Part shown: positions 11,582 to 26,099 of the stretch, piece by piece | Position numbering within the stretch: position 1 is the stretch's first letter | Layout: every line of letters begins with the position of its first letter | DNA from: Octopus sinensis | Taxonomy: Eukaryota | Direction of reading: 5' to 3' | NCBI RefSeq assembly: GCF_006345805.1 | Contig: NC_043010.1 | Location: 3,906,001-3,970,000, forward strand | Length of the DNA: 64,000 nucleotides | Translations under genes and position numbers: made by a program | Notes under the pieces: model-generated | What the model was told of the DNA's origin: nothing | The model's input: only the letters and a program-made list of their open reading frames with translations | The model's database searches: none

Positions 11582-13969
11582 CTGGTGAGATTGTGTAGTA
11601 AGGAACTGAGGATGGACTTCTGCAGAGGAAACTTCCCAGTCACACCCAGGTTCATAATCAGAATTTGGGTCTCTTCTTATTAGTGTTGCTTTAGGGGTGC
11701 GATTGCAGTCTGCATCTGTTACCATAGCAACTGGGATATCATATTTAGGTGACATTAGTTCACAGACATATCCTGACTGTCTTTGTTCACCAACAAACTC
11801 ATTGTTTGTAGCGTACTGGACGTCTCTTTGATGCCTTTTATGGACAACACATACTATCACTGAAACTACAATGGCCACAGAAACTATCACTGCTGCTACC
11901 ACAATTATAATCATCAAGTTAATATGAATTCTGTTGTCTGATTCCGTGTCTTCAGCTGTGTACATTCTGGCTGTTGTATTGCTAACAGTTAGTGTCAAAG
12001 ACAGTGTAGTGGTTGCTGATAAAACTGGAGTGCCACTATCTTTGACAACTAAGTTCAAAGTATATGATCCAGCATCATTTTGGTAAATGGGACGAGAGAA
12101 TGATATAACACCAGAATAGGGGTTAACTGAGAATAATTGTCTGTTATTTCCTCCAAATATTTCATATCTGAGGAAAGCATTCACATGACTGTCTCTATCA
12201 GAAGCTCTTAATGTTGTTATCTCGGTGTTACTTTGTGGATGGTAGTGGACATCCAGATTAAAGGGATCAACACTAGGAAATGTAAAATATGGAACGTTGT
12301 CATTTTTATCCATCACTTCAACAATTATATTTGCTGTATCACTTAAAGAGGGTATTCCTTTATCTTCTACCAAGACTTTGAACTTATAAACATCTTGTTT
12401 TTCATGGTCTAATGTTGAAATTGTTGAAATAAATCCAAAGTTTGAAATCTTGAATGGGAGAATATCTTCATTGTTATTCAACAGGGAATATTTTAATTCT
12501 CCTCCAGATCCTAAGTCTGGATCTGAGGCATTTATAAAGCCCACAGGAAAGTTTGCTTCTTCATTTTCATATGTTTGGAATCTAAATAAGGATTTGATAA
12601 ATTCTGGTTGTACATCGTTTATATCCATTACTTGTATATAAAAATGTTTGTCTGTCTTCAGGGGTGGAAATCCTTTATCTTCACAAGAAATGGTAAAATT
12701 GATATAACTCTTACTTTCTCTATCTATAACCTTTTTTACTATAACTTTATATTTATTTCTTCCAAGACCTTGGAGCTGCAACTTATCATGGTGAAGCAAA
12801 CAATGAACTTCACCATTCTGTCCAATATCATTATCAGTGACTTTTACATAAGCAATAAAGCTACCAATTTTTACTCCCTCTGAAATACTGGCTAGATGTG
12901 CTGCTGATTTTGATATAAAATTCATGTCTATATCAGGAGGATTATTCTCTTGACTATTTATATTCACTAAAACCATAGCAACTGAGCTCAAAGATGGATT
13001 TCCTCCATCCTTGGCTTTAACATACAGTTTGTATAATTTTTTTGATCCTGGTGGAAACTTTTGCAGTTGCCAGATTTCTCCTGTTGATTCATTTAATTTA
13101 AAATAGGCTCTGGCACTCTCTGATGTTTTGGAACTGAACTGGAACATTACTTTACCATTTTCACCAGAATCTAAGTCAGTTGCTGATAAAGTGACTATAG
13201 GCATTGATCTTTGATAACTATTTTTGATAGAAACATTGTAAATATTTTGGGAGAAAATTGGGGAATTGTCATTTTCATCTCGAATTAATATTTGGAGATT
13301 TAGAACACCTTCTTTAGGGGGATGGCCACCATCTTTTGCAATAACTTGAAGTTGATAAGAATCTTTCAGTTCTCTGTCAAGTTTCTCTTGTAAAACTATT
13401 CCAAGTTTAGCAGAACCATCTAAGTTTCTGAAAACAGATAATGTGAAAGGTTCTTGTTTTGTTTTCTTTAGATGATAAGTTATCCGTGAACTTTGAATGC
13501 TTACATCATTATCCATAGCATTTGGTATTGCTGTCCAAGATCCAATGCTGTCTCTTTCAGAGAACATTATTTCTACTTGTTTCTCTGGAAATTTAGGTTG
13601 ATTGTCATTGGCGTCTTCAATAATAACTTTGATTTCTAATATTTTTACAAAAGATTCTTTGTGGCTGACTGCAACATCTACTATTCTGAAACATTCTGTC
13701 TTGTATTTACAAAGAGATTCAGCATCTAATATTAATGAGGTATAAAATTTCCCTGTCTTAGAGACATTAAATAGCTGAGAACTGCTAGTAAGTTGGCTAA
13801 ACCAAAGAAGACTGTGATCTTGTGATGGAATACTGCTTCCTAAATGTGAGTCAATAGCAATGTCTCCAATGTATGTGCCTGGAGCTTGGTTCTCTTTCAC
13901 ATTATAGGTTATGTCAACAGTTTGTGATAATTTCGGAAGAAATAGTAGTAACAATATTGGCACCAACAT
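11582..13969 (-). CDS. PCDH: Protocadherin, large coding exon (796 codons): signal peptide, six cadherin repeats EC1-EC6, transmembrane helix, proximal cytoplasmic region
   Basis: 822-aa ORF; MLVPILLLLFL signal peptide; EC1 with LDAESLCKYKTECF (Cx5C typical of protocadherins); DANDNQP, DENDNSP, DINDVQP, DKNDNVP linkers; LDRE, IDRE, LDHE motifs; TM IHINLMIIIVVAAVIVSVAIVVSVIVCVV. Acceptor ttttggtttcag| at 14009 (exon starts 14008); phase-0 donor CAG|GTTTGT at 11581. Symbol is family level only. Confidence 0.97.
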
Positions 13970-16848
13970 TATCTTTATAATGATTTTATGAAGTCATTGA
14001 TAGTAAATCTGAAACCAAAAAAAGAAATGTACTTCTCAAAAACCTATTAACAACAAAATATCAAGAAAATATACATATGTTTCACATTTTAATATTTTGT
14101 AAGATAATATTTAGAATTTACAAGGTGTTGTTTCTATTATTGATAATATTTAAAAGAAAAAGTCTTTAGCTGACAATATATATTATTCAGTGGTTCAATA
14201 TTGTAGTATTCAATATTTTTAAGCATATTTTCAGCTTTGAATTTTTCAGATGTTATAAATTTTTCCATAGTCAAATTGACATTGTAATCATTCAATAAAT
14301 TGCCTCTATTATGATCAAATTTTCTAAATCAACTGTAAAACAGTAGTATGTATGTTGTAGACTGAATGCTGTATCTAAGTTGTAAGCAGTACATTCTAAC
14401 CACCATGAGAAAATAAATTTTCTTATCAGAGCCAATATCTTAGTCTTTCTATTAGGCCTACCGCTGATTAATATCCTTTCTGTGGGGAAACTCATTGTAA
14501 CCTAGATTCTGGCAAGATTTAATGCAGAAATTTGGTTCTGCAGGATATAAGCAGGGAAGGTTCAATCAAATAGAATATGGGTGAAGTATCTTGATTTCTT
14601 TTCTTTTTTCCTCTTTTCCTTTCCTTTTCTTTTTTTTTTCTTTTCTTTTTTTCTTTTCTTTTTTGCTTCAAATGAAGTAAACAGTGTAAGAATTGCTATG
14701 CTGTACCACATTGACTATTATCTTCTTGGCAACAACACCTTATTAATGAGCAAATCGTGCAGGCAATGTAGTGAAGAGATTAATCTGAAAAGAATACATT
14801 AACAACAAAGGGGTTTTTTTTCTGCTTTGCTCACAATTCATTGATGAGACAAGTCTTCTGCTAGTTGGACTTCTAACAAGAAGAAAGTAAGAGATTACAT
14901 GTGGGATTGGGTTAGGAAGGTGGTAACGATTGAGGTTAGAGGTGAGGAAGCAGGCCTTATCTTTGATTCAAGATGTTCTTCAAAGATGCTAGAGGTGGAT
15001 ATGAAAAAGGTTGTGAGGAATGCTTCCAGGTTAATGAAGGTGAGCGGTCAAAATGGGTTTTGTTAACTCACTTTCAATATAAAGCAGTTATGGTGGAGTG
15101 GAGTAGGGTGGTGTTGAGTGGGGGGAGGGGGCTTGAAGATTGCAGAAGCCTCTGGCTGGTTGTTTGGATTTGAATAGAACCTTTAGATGTTAGTTAAATG
15201 AGAATGAACAAATTAGGTATTGAGTGGTGGTGGGATGCATAAATTTTGTGAACAAAACAGAATTATTTCTTCATCATTAATATGAATACAGATATTGATT
15301 AAATTTTGTTTCACTGGTCAGTGCTGTTATTATTAGAACCATGTTCAAGTTTTAATGCAAATATTACATCAAATAATACTTCTGTTGCTAAATAGATAGG
15401 AATTAATAAATCTTGCAAAATAAAATATTTAAAAGGAGTATCTAATATTTTATTAAAAATAAAAGTATCAAAGAATTCAAACTGGAAATTAGTCTATCAT
15501 GTCTGTGAGTATAAACTTGATGTCTTTATAATCTGGAACCATTTTCTCAAACTTTAATACAACCATTAATTCCAGTACTTCTCCCCCCTTCCTCTCCTCA
15601 TCCCCCTCCCTCTCTCTCTCTCATATTAGCTCACTTGAAATTCAAGAAATTTATATTCTTGCAACATGACCAATAAAACATTGAAGCAAATGAAAAGAAA
15701 ACAAAGCAACTGTATTAATTATTGCAAAGTGATTTCTTTAGTGCAGTTTGCTTATCTTTGTTTCAAGTCTGCATTATCTTCTAAAGGAACAACTTTGATG
15801 TAATATTGTAAATTGATATCTAATTTAACTGAAATGTAGCTGATCAACATATAGCATTTTAGAGCATTTAAGCTAATTTATATGTATACTTTTTAGCTCT
15901 GGCACAATATCACTGATGATATGAGAATCACATACATGTTGCCTAATTTAATTTGTAATGTTTTAACATTGATTAAGTTAACTTTCAAAGAATGTAATTG
16001 TTAAAGACGGTGCCTTATAATTGCAACTTTAGCTTGAAGTCTTAATACAATTAAATCTTAATACAATTAACAAAATTTGTAGGCTGAATGAATGTTGAAT
16101 AAAAGAAGGAAAATACCAATTTAAATTGCATTTGACAAGAAACGAAGTCATTCAGTGTGTATAAACAGTTTTGAAATTTCTATGTGAATGATAAAAATTT
16201 GAAATATATGATGTACTTATTGATAACTAATCACATAATTCCAATGCAATTAATAATAGCCAATACCTGTACATGTTCATATTAATTTTTACACCTTTCT
16301 TTATAAGTATAGAAGCTAATAATAATAATAATGATGATGATAATAATAATAATAATAATAATAAGGATAATAATAATAGTAATAATGATAAATGCAATTT
16401 TCATAGGTAAACAAATAGATCTAAAAATGTCATACACTGTTTAAAATAAATATACATTCAAAGATTGACAACATATACCAACTGCTTGTAAAGGAGTCTA
16501 TCATGTAACTGAGTTAAATGTACATTGGTATATTCTGTATATATATGTAATGTGTGTGTAATATATGCCTATATAAGTATATATATATATATATACACAG
16601 ACACAATGTTTATATGTACATGTACACACACACATCATCATCATCATCATCATCATCATTATCATTGAACATCTGTTGTCCATGCTGATGACATGGGCTG
16701 GATGGTTTGATCAGGGCTGGTATATATATATATATGTATGTATATATATATGTATATGTAATATAAATGTGTGAGTGTATATACGCATACATGTGCAGAC
16801 ACTTTCATGGAAACATCATTCATACAAATATGCATATATATTTATTTA

Positions 16849-16884
<36 letters not shown>

Positions 16885-17695
16885 GTGGATGCAACAACAT
16901 TGTAGTATGTAAATATATACAAGCACAAAATATATTGAAAGTAACAATACCTCCATGCAAATATTGTTTATACACATACATATATAAACATATATGTATA
17001 TCCATCTATATATATATATATACATATACACATATATGTATTTAATTAGGTATACCTACTTATACATACACATTTAAACTAACACGCATATATACACACA
17101 TTATATATGATGTTTGTCTGGAAGTATTGTTACTGTCAGTATATTTTGTGTTTATATACATTCATACTGCAATGTTGTTGCTTCCACATATCATCACAAT
17201 ATATACACTAGCATACCTCTATATGAAATTTAATGCATTGTGTGCCAGTATATTTTTTGTGTATGATTTTTATCTATGCATTATGTATTTGTGTTGTGTG
17301 TATTTTGTGTTTATATGTGTATGTATATACATATCCATATCTCTCTATCATCTATGTCCATCCATCCACCCATATATATATTTATTTATTTATTGTGTAT
17401 ATATGTGTGTTGTTGATACACACACCCACACCCATATATATATATATATATATATATATGCATATGCCTCTGTGTGTATTTAATGTAAGTTTCCACAAAA
17501 ATACTTTAGTGTCTGATAAAAGCTATTGCATATAGTCTTCAAAATATATTATATTATTTACTAATTTCGTTTCACTAATTTTTGATAAAATATTGTAATA
17601 TTTGAATACCTGTCTTACATGTGTGTGTGTGTTTGTGTATGTGTGTGTGTGTGTGTGGTGTGTGTGTGTGTGTGAGTATATATATATATACATAC

Positions 17696-17745
<50 letters not shown>

Positions 17746-17794
17746 TATACATATATATATATACACACACACACAAACATATACATAAATATAT

Positions 17795-17848
<54 letters not shown>

Positions 17849-18705
17849 TTGTATCTATGTTGCTAAATAATATTAGTTAAACATAATTATCATGTGGTTG
17901 ATAACATTAAAAAAAAAAAAACAAAGAAAAATCAAGCAAACCAAATGTGTGATATTTCTAAATAACAGAATGTCACCAATTTTATATTACCTGAATGTCA
18001 CATATACTTCACTGAAATGAAATGTCAAATATTCAACAATAGACTAAATTAGTGATATTTCCAAATAGCCAAAATTGAGATATTCATATAGATTAAATGT
18101 TAGATATTCAGTAAAGTATTTCTAAAAATGCTATATGAAAATTATTTAAAAAGTATGTGTTTATCATAAGAACAAAGTAAAATGTATTCAACAGAGTTAA
18201 CTTTCTTCAATAAAATCTCTTTAAAGTATTTCTCTGTAGTAAATTGAAAAATAATTTCTACTAATAAATAGTATACTAGAGTCATTTTAAGTTGAGATTA
18301 TAAACAATTCTTTTTCTTTTCATTTACTTTTTTTAAATATCTGAGTGATGTAACTTTATTTTTCTAGGTATTTGTGAAAAGAACTTAAAGTAATTGTACA
18401 TGTAATAAGACTAAACTCTAAAGATAATTTCTTTAATGATTAGATTTTAGTTATGAAGCTGCATAGATTACCCTCTCTATTTAAAAAGTAGACTATATTT
18501 AAAATTTTAAACATTATATAGTTATCTATACACTGTAGTATATTATATACTTTTCAAAATTCACAACACTTGATTCGTTTTAACTTGTAAAATGAAGAAT
18601 CTGATTTTGATTTTTTTTAAAAGTGATACTTTTAATTTCTTTTTCTGTAATAGAATGCAATATAAAGTAACTGTCTTTAGAAATAGAAAAGATGTGAGCA
18701 CTTAC

Positions 18706-18860
18706 CAATACTGCAAATTTTTCTCCAATGTGCCGATAGCTGAACTGTGTATGTATCCTGCTGTAGAGTTGTACAGTTACTGCTGCTGATGTGAGCCAGC
18801 AATACTGTGTGGCTTGGTCTGTGTTGTGTGAGTATGAGAGAGAGAGGTTTACATTTCTAT
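18706..18860 (-). other. Putative 5'UTR exon of the protocadherin (5' boundary uncertain: about 18850 if promoter-proximal, 19109 if internal)
   Basis: Consensus donor TTG|GTAAGT at 18705; locally higher GC; (CT)n tract near 18840; would splice across a 4.7 kb intron to the acceptor 39 nt upstream of the ATG. Confidence 0.6.
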
Positions 18861-18889
18861 CAAGTATAGTGTGTATGTAATGTCTGCTA

Positions 18890-18990
18890 CAACCAATAAC
18901 AGGCTGTTTATGGTTCCCATGGAAGGAAAACGGAAATTCTGCTTCAGATTCCAGCTGTAAAGAAGTAGATTTAATACAGAGATGAGTCAC
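18890..18990 (-). promoter_or_regulatory. Candidate protocadherin promoter region
   Basis: CCAAT box 18893-18897, ETS-like CGGAAA near 18932, AP-1 site TGAGTCA 18983-18989, immediately upstream of the putative UTR exon. Short motifs only. Confidence 0.4.
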
Positions 18991-19926
18991 GTATATTCTT
19001 AAAAACACTAAATAATTGTTATATATACACTTATTTATTGCTAATGTAAAAGAAAAGAAAAATCTATCAATAAGTATAGACATGCAACTGTTTGAAAATA
19101 CCTTCATACCTGTTAAAAGAAACCTGTAAACCTATGATAACTAGGTGGTTTTTTTTTTCATAAACTGAAACATCAATCACTTTTTCCCCCCATTTACAAA
19201 ATCTTAATATCACTGTTACTTTTTTTTGCTTATCAGTTCAGTTCTTATTTGATGAACATAGATTTATCCATAATCAAAGTAAAAGAATTATCAATAATAA
19301 ACATTACAAAGAAAGGTTTAAGATTTGAGTGATCTACGTCAATATGAAGAAAGAAATTTGTCTTATAATAATAATAATAATAATAATAAAAATTCAGAAA
19401 TCTGAAATGAAAGAACTAGTGCTATCAAAGAAATGTCTATTGCGATATTATTGAAAGAGAGAAAATAATACTTTTCCTGAAAACACTCAAACTAAATAAA
19501 AGGAGTAAAAAAAAAATGTTGGCTGAAAACTATGATGTCTCAAATTTTCTTTTGCTATCAAAAGACACTTATTTTATTTTTCAATAGAGGTAGTGGAAAA
19601 AGTGAAAGTGTTTAAATATAAGAATTGAATTAATATTTCTAGCCTTAGTAGAAAAAGAAAAGTTTTAAAGTTGCCCAAAACCAAACATAATTAAAAGCTA
19701 AATATCTCATTTATAGTGATAATTTGTGTTTTTGAAGATACTTTCTATTCAAGGTAAAGAACTAAGTTGGTACCAGGAACAAAATACATGTTAAATTTTA
19801 CACATATGGACACATGCAATTTTACATATCAATGCACACTATCCTGCACTGCACACACACACACATGTGCTGCACACACACTCTCTCTCTCTCTAACTCT
19901 CCCTCTCTCTCTCTTTCTCTCTCTCT

Positions 19927-19989
<63 letters not shown>

Positions 19990-21548
19990 TTTCTAAACCC
20001 TGACTGTTAATATGAAGTTACAACTTGCAAGGAAAGGAAGGTTACTTATATCATGAATTTAGCAAAACTTATTAATTAACAAGGGAAATAACTTTATGAG
20101 AATGTTTACAAAAATTTCTTGTTTTGAATCAAATCAAGAAAATCATTTCCTCAGCTTATGAAATTGGAAGCCATCAACATTTTGAAATACATTTTTTCTT
20201 TTTCTTTTATTTTTTTTCAATAAAATTTCAATAATTTAATTTAACAGATGAAGTTCAAGTGATCTCACTTAAAATGTTGAAACCATATAAGTTTTAAAAT
20301 GAATGTAATAAAATGAATTAAATAAAGAAATCACTTGATAATAAACATTATAGGCATTAAAATGTCAAATTAAGAAATGTGAGAGTATCTTAAAGTGAAA
20401 TGTATGTAATTTGATCTGAAATAATTGTAAGAAACAATGTCATTTCTCTAGATAATAATATGACCTTGTTGTGTTTCACAGTTTCTATTTTTGTCAAATA
20501 CTCTTTTTTTACCCCTCATTATTTGATATTACCATAGACAGTATTAGAAGAACAAAATATATTGATGTATTAAAACAAAATGAAAATATAAGATATAAGA
20601 GAATATTGGCTTTTTATCATGTTAATTTTCTGATAATTTTATAAAATATTCATCTCTCGGTAGAAAAAACCCCCCAGAATATATAATATATAATATATAT
20701 GCAACAGAAAAGACATCCAAAAGATCTTATTACATTAAAGTAGCTATTATGTATTCTGATTACTTTCCAAACATATCTCAGCCAAATTTTACAGATCCTC
20801 CAAAACTGGGAAATCTTTATGTAGTGTTGCCAAAGATAATAGTTTGGCTTCACCTTTTCAGTTTCAGCTTCTGGTTTGATACTTGATGTTAAAATATCAT
20901 TACGGTAACATATTGCTTCCTTTACAGCAACATTTGGTGAAAAATTCAATGTCAAAACTTTATTCCTATTAGATTTATTGAAACGATGTACCATATAGTT
21001 CCCCACTCACATTCAGTTTATATCCAAGCTATTTCAGTATTGTAACCATGCCTCATGAAAACATGCCAATATTTTACCATAACAAAACAGAGAGAAAATC
21101 TTTTATTTCTCTCTTCTTTCCAATATTGTAAAATAGAAAAAAATGAAACTGTTTTGTTTCTCTAAAATTTACTTCTTAGTGTCTGTTCTTTAAAGCAAAG
21201 TGATTGATTACCTTAGTTATAAGCAAGTGGGTTACGTTCATAAAATATTTAGGTAAAAATAGCAAATACATCTTATTGTGATTTCTGAACTAGGTGTAAA
21301 CCCTGTCTTTCTTCCTTTTTCTTCTTCCTTTTTTTTTTCTTCTTGCAAGTGTGTGTGTTGGGGAGAAAAGAGAAAGGGCTTAATTATATTTAATTGAATT
21401 GCTTTCAATATATTACTGGTATATTTCAATACTTAGCTTTGATTCAGAAAAATTTAGATGAATATACTAGATAAAAAAAAGTCCAGCTAAATATCCTATT
21501 GTTTAAAAAATTTTGTACCTGACTAAGATTTACATATTATACATCTGT

Positions 21549-21856
<308 letters not shown>

Positions 21857-23135
21857 GATTTTTCTTTTACTTGGAACAATGTCACTTTTCTTTTTGTAGT
21901 TGCAAGTACTTGTGTGTGTATGTGTGTGTGTGTGTTTTGCTGCATAAAACAATAGCTAGTACCTTACTAGCTCTTATTTGATCAAACTTCAGAGGAGAAA
22001 AGTCAAAAGATATTACTTTTTTTTCACTCGAGCTTAATTATTTTTAGTTCCTTAAAAGTCAGTTACCTAAAGGCATAAAATTTTGCAATTAGAGAATGCA
22101 GTTAAACTGAGAAAGATGAAGGATTGAATTAGATATTCAAAAGCCTCTAGTCTGATTTCCTATTGCCTGGTCATTTCTCTCTCTCTAAAATTTGCATATC
22201 ATAATTGATAAAACAGATGATAAGACATGATTCAAAATAATTCTCTCAGGTTCATGTCTTTGTATAAAGAAAATTTACCCCAGAGCCCTGAGTGAGTCAT
22301 TGTTCTAATAAGTTTATTTATATTCAATAACAACAATGAAAAATAAATCAGTTTTCGTTTTCTTTTAAATACTCCTAAAAATGCTTTATGCACTGCAATG
22401 ATGTTTTTGCAGCATTTCTCAAACTTTTAAGATTGTTCTTAATTTTGAAGTAGGTGCAAAATAAAAATAAAAGCCTATAAATATCTCTTGGTATGCTGTA
22501 TGTATAGAAAATAGCTTCTGAAATTCTTCAAGATTATATTTAAAATTTTGGTACTAATTTCAACACTGGTCATACTAACAGCTGCACAAAACTATTTACT
22601 GAAATCTGACTAAAATCATATCAAACCCGACTTTCTTTAACCCTTTAAGCATGGAGGTCATTAACAAGCAATTTGATGAATGTATGCCCAGAGCATAAGT
22701 CAGCAATAAGCAATTCTGATTGTCATACAATTTCTGAGTAGTATAAATTTCAATTTTAAAATATTAATTGTCATGCTGAAATATTACTTAGTGTAATGAA
22801 AGGGTTAGGAATAAGAATTCTTGCACAGCTAAAATTCTCTTTAACTTAAACATTTCCATGATATTGAAGAAATTAATAAATGGTAATAGTTTATAAAATA
22901 TTGATTTCTAACAGTTGCATACACCTGATTAAGTTGACTCTAGAACTTTACTGGTACTTTATTCTATTGACCCTGAAAGGATGAAAAGGAAAGTTGACGT
23001 TGGTGGAATTTGAACTTAAGTCATAAAAAGCTATTGCCAAAACAAGTTTGTCATGCTTGTTTTCTATTTATACAAGTGATCCCTTGGAAGAAAAGAAGAT
23101 GTTTTTAATATCTGTAAAGAATTTTGATTAGGATT

Positions 23136-23488
23136 TACTCTTTTACTCTTTTACTTGTTTCAGTCATGTGACTGAGGCCATGCTGGAGCACCGCCTTTAG
23201 TTGAGGAAATCCACCCCAGGACTTATTCTTTGTAAGCCTAGTATTTATTCTATCAGTCTCTTTTGCCAAACTGCTAAGTTGCAGGGACATAAACACACCA
23301 GCATCAGTTGTCAAGTGATGTTGGTGAGACACACACAAACATACACACACACACACACATATATACGACAGGCTTCTTTCAGTTTCCAACTACCAAATCT
23401 ACTCACAAGACTTTGGTCGGCCCGAGGCTATAGTAGAAGACACTTGCCCAAGGTACCACGCAGTGGGACTGAACCCAGAAACATGTGG
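23136..23488 (-). mobile_element. SINE family B copy
   Basis: High similarity to 52299-52718; a further partial copy is at 28007-28134. Confidence 0.85.
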
Positions 23489-26026
23489 ATTTCCAAAGAG
23501 ATACCTTAAGAAAACTATGCTAATCTAATATGCTTTAATTTAGCTGTCTCACAATTATCCATTAAACCACATACAAATGAAATCCAGTGTAGATCTCTAA
23601 AGTTTATTTATATAGCAAAATATTAATATTTCACTTCTATGTTGATTGGTATATGACATACCTTTTAGTTCAAAATCTACACCTGTAACAATACGAATCA
23701 GTATTGGAAAGTATCTATAGAAAAACTGCAGTTTGACTGGCAAACTATCATAATCTGTTCCCCAGTATATACCACTGAACTGTTACCTACTACTCTTCTT
23801 ATCTTACTTACCTTAATTTCCACCCACTTAAATACCTTTATCTGTCATTTTCTTGTCCTCCTATTAAACATCTTGACTTTTCTCTCTAGAACTTCCTTGT
23901 GTGTGTAACAATCTGAATGCTAACCTCCCACAGAACTTCTTGAACTCCAGAGGTGATAATGAACTTTTGGTTTCTGTCCTTCTCCTCTAGACAATTCAAT
24001 AGAAATCCTGGAAACTAAAGAGCTAATTATATCTCCCTGATTGATGTAAAATGTGAAGAAGACAAATGCTTCAGATAATGTAATATAGATTCTAATACTT
24101 AACTTCTGTTGCAGTACTGCTTGATGATACTAGAGAGATTAACGTATTTTAGTGGATGAGGGAGTTAAATTGATCACCACTAACTTCACTTCACTTCTCT
24201 GTTTATTCAACTTAAACTTTGCTTAATGTTTATTATGCTAATATTTCATATTAGTCTTTTAAGGACATTAACAACTAATCATTTGAATGTTGCATGTCCT
24301 CGTAAGACAATGGCTATCTCTGCTTCGTTGATATGCATCTTTATCATTGTGTTGATCATCTTCATTCTCCCTTCTTATGTCTTCATGAGTAGTGTTAATG
24401 TATTTTGTTTGATAGTTTGTTTTCTTTTAAATATCGGAATATTATTTTCAACATCAGTTAGGGGGACATGATCAGTCCAGTATACTGATCATACCATCAC
24501 ACCACTCTACAAGGAATGATATAATTCTGAGATATTTACCATACTTCAAGTACTTGAGATGATGAATTCACTAATTCTAGAGTGTGTTCCTTCCGGCATT
24601 TGTCAAAGAGTTTTTAGATTAGCTTCTTCCTGAGATTGATTGTCATCTTCAAGATTTGAGGGCTTTTTTTTTTTCTTCTTAAGACGGGTAATTGTAAACA
24701 TTAATAAGAATTATAGTTGGTAGAATGACATAGCAAGGCAATACAATGAAGAAGAAAAAACATTAATAGGAATGGCTGAGTGGCATCAAGGAAGCAGGAC
24801 AGATATTGAGTTTTAGAATTACATAAAATATAATTATGCCTCATGTTGTCCAGAATGAAACAGATTGTTTGTAATTAATTTTGTAGTATCTTCAATTTTA
24901 GTTACACATATACCAAACAAAAATTTGACTAAAAGATTCATTTCTTCAAATTAATATTGAAGGCAACTTTAGGTATAATAAATTGCCTATAAATAATACT
25001 AATAGTATAGTATGTATTTTGTAACTGTCAAAAAAAATTTTAAGTTGGAAGATGTGCAAATTATTAACTTTCTCCCTACTTCAGTATGAAAGTAAATCTT
25101 TAGTAATATAAGCAAGTTAAACTAATTCTCTAAAATATATGTTTATTAAGAACACAAAGAAATAATATTTACCATATTCACTATCTTTTTATTTTTCACT
25201 TAGTGTTTTGAAAGATTTTCAATGAAAGTCAGAAAGCAAATAATTCCAGAGGGTATTTGCATTAAGCTTCCTTGTTTATTTTTATTTCTTTAAATACTTT
25301 TTGAAATATATGTTATTGTTTATTAACAGGAGTCTTTTCATTCAATTTTACCATTAGAAAGAAATTTGTATTTTTTTTCTTTCAAAAATGTGAGCTAAAT
25401 TTTATGTTAATTTTACACTTAGAACAAAAGTTGTAATGAATGTATCATTTTTTTTTTTTACATTTTAAGATATACACAATGATGACACCCTAACTAAACA
25501 ATTTCTATTGCGCTCATTAATAATGAAAATATAGTTTTTATATGTCACTAATCAAATAAGAAAAAATATTATTTTTGCTTTCACTCATACTTAATTATTA
25601 ATACATCCTTACAAAACAGTTACCTGAAGGCATAAAGTATTGCAATTAGAGAATACAATTAATTTTCTATTTCTAACAAATCTTTTAAATGGCTTCTAAT
25701 GGCTAACCTTCTTTTCCTTGTCATGAAAAAAGTTTTTTCAGATATTTTATAGCAATTATAAAACAATAGATGGACAAAAAGCAAATATTTATTTTATGAC
25801 TAATCACTACTATTTTTTGAGATTATTTATTATTGACAGCAAATTTTTATTCAAATGGGTTGTTTTGCTCTCCTCTAATACTTTTAATTTGCTATCTGAA
25901 TTGAATTGGCAAACAGATTGAATAGTAGTGTAATAACATACATAATAAATTTATTTCATAATTTGATTTGAGTATAAAGTGTTTTTAGAAAGAAAATCTA
26001 TTTAATTATTTATTTTCCAACTGCAG

Positions 26027-26099
26027 CAATGGCAAACCTAACCTTGAAATTTTGAAATACTATTTAATAGCTATGTGCATATATTGCTTGAAGCATGAA
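26027..26099 (+). CDS. Candidate internal exon B of the plus-strand gene (S-NGKPNLEILKYYLIAMCIYCLKHE)
   Basis: Acceptor tatttattttccaactgcag|, donor GAA|GTAATT, phase 2 to 0, compatible with exon A and exon C. Confidence 0.55.

Noticed and set aside
20650-21006. 118-aa minus-strand ORF upstream of the protocadherin, considered as a cadherin pseudogene
   Set aside because: No cadherin motifs in any frame; more likely an old retroelement fragment.
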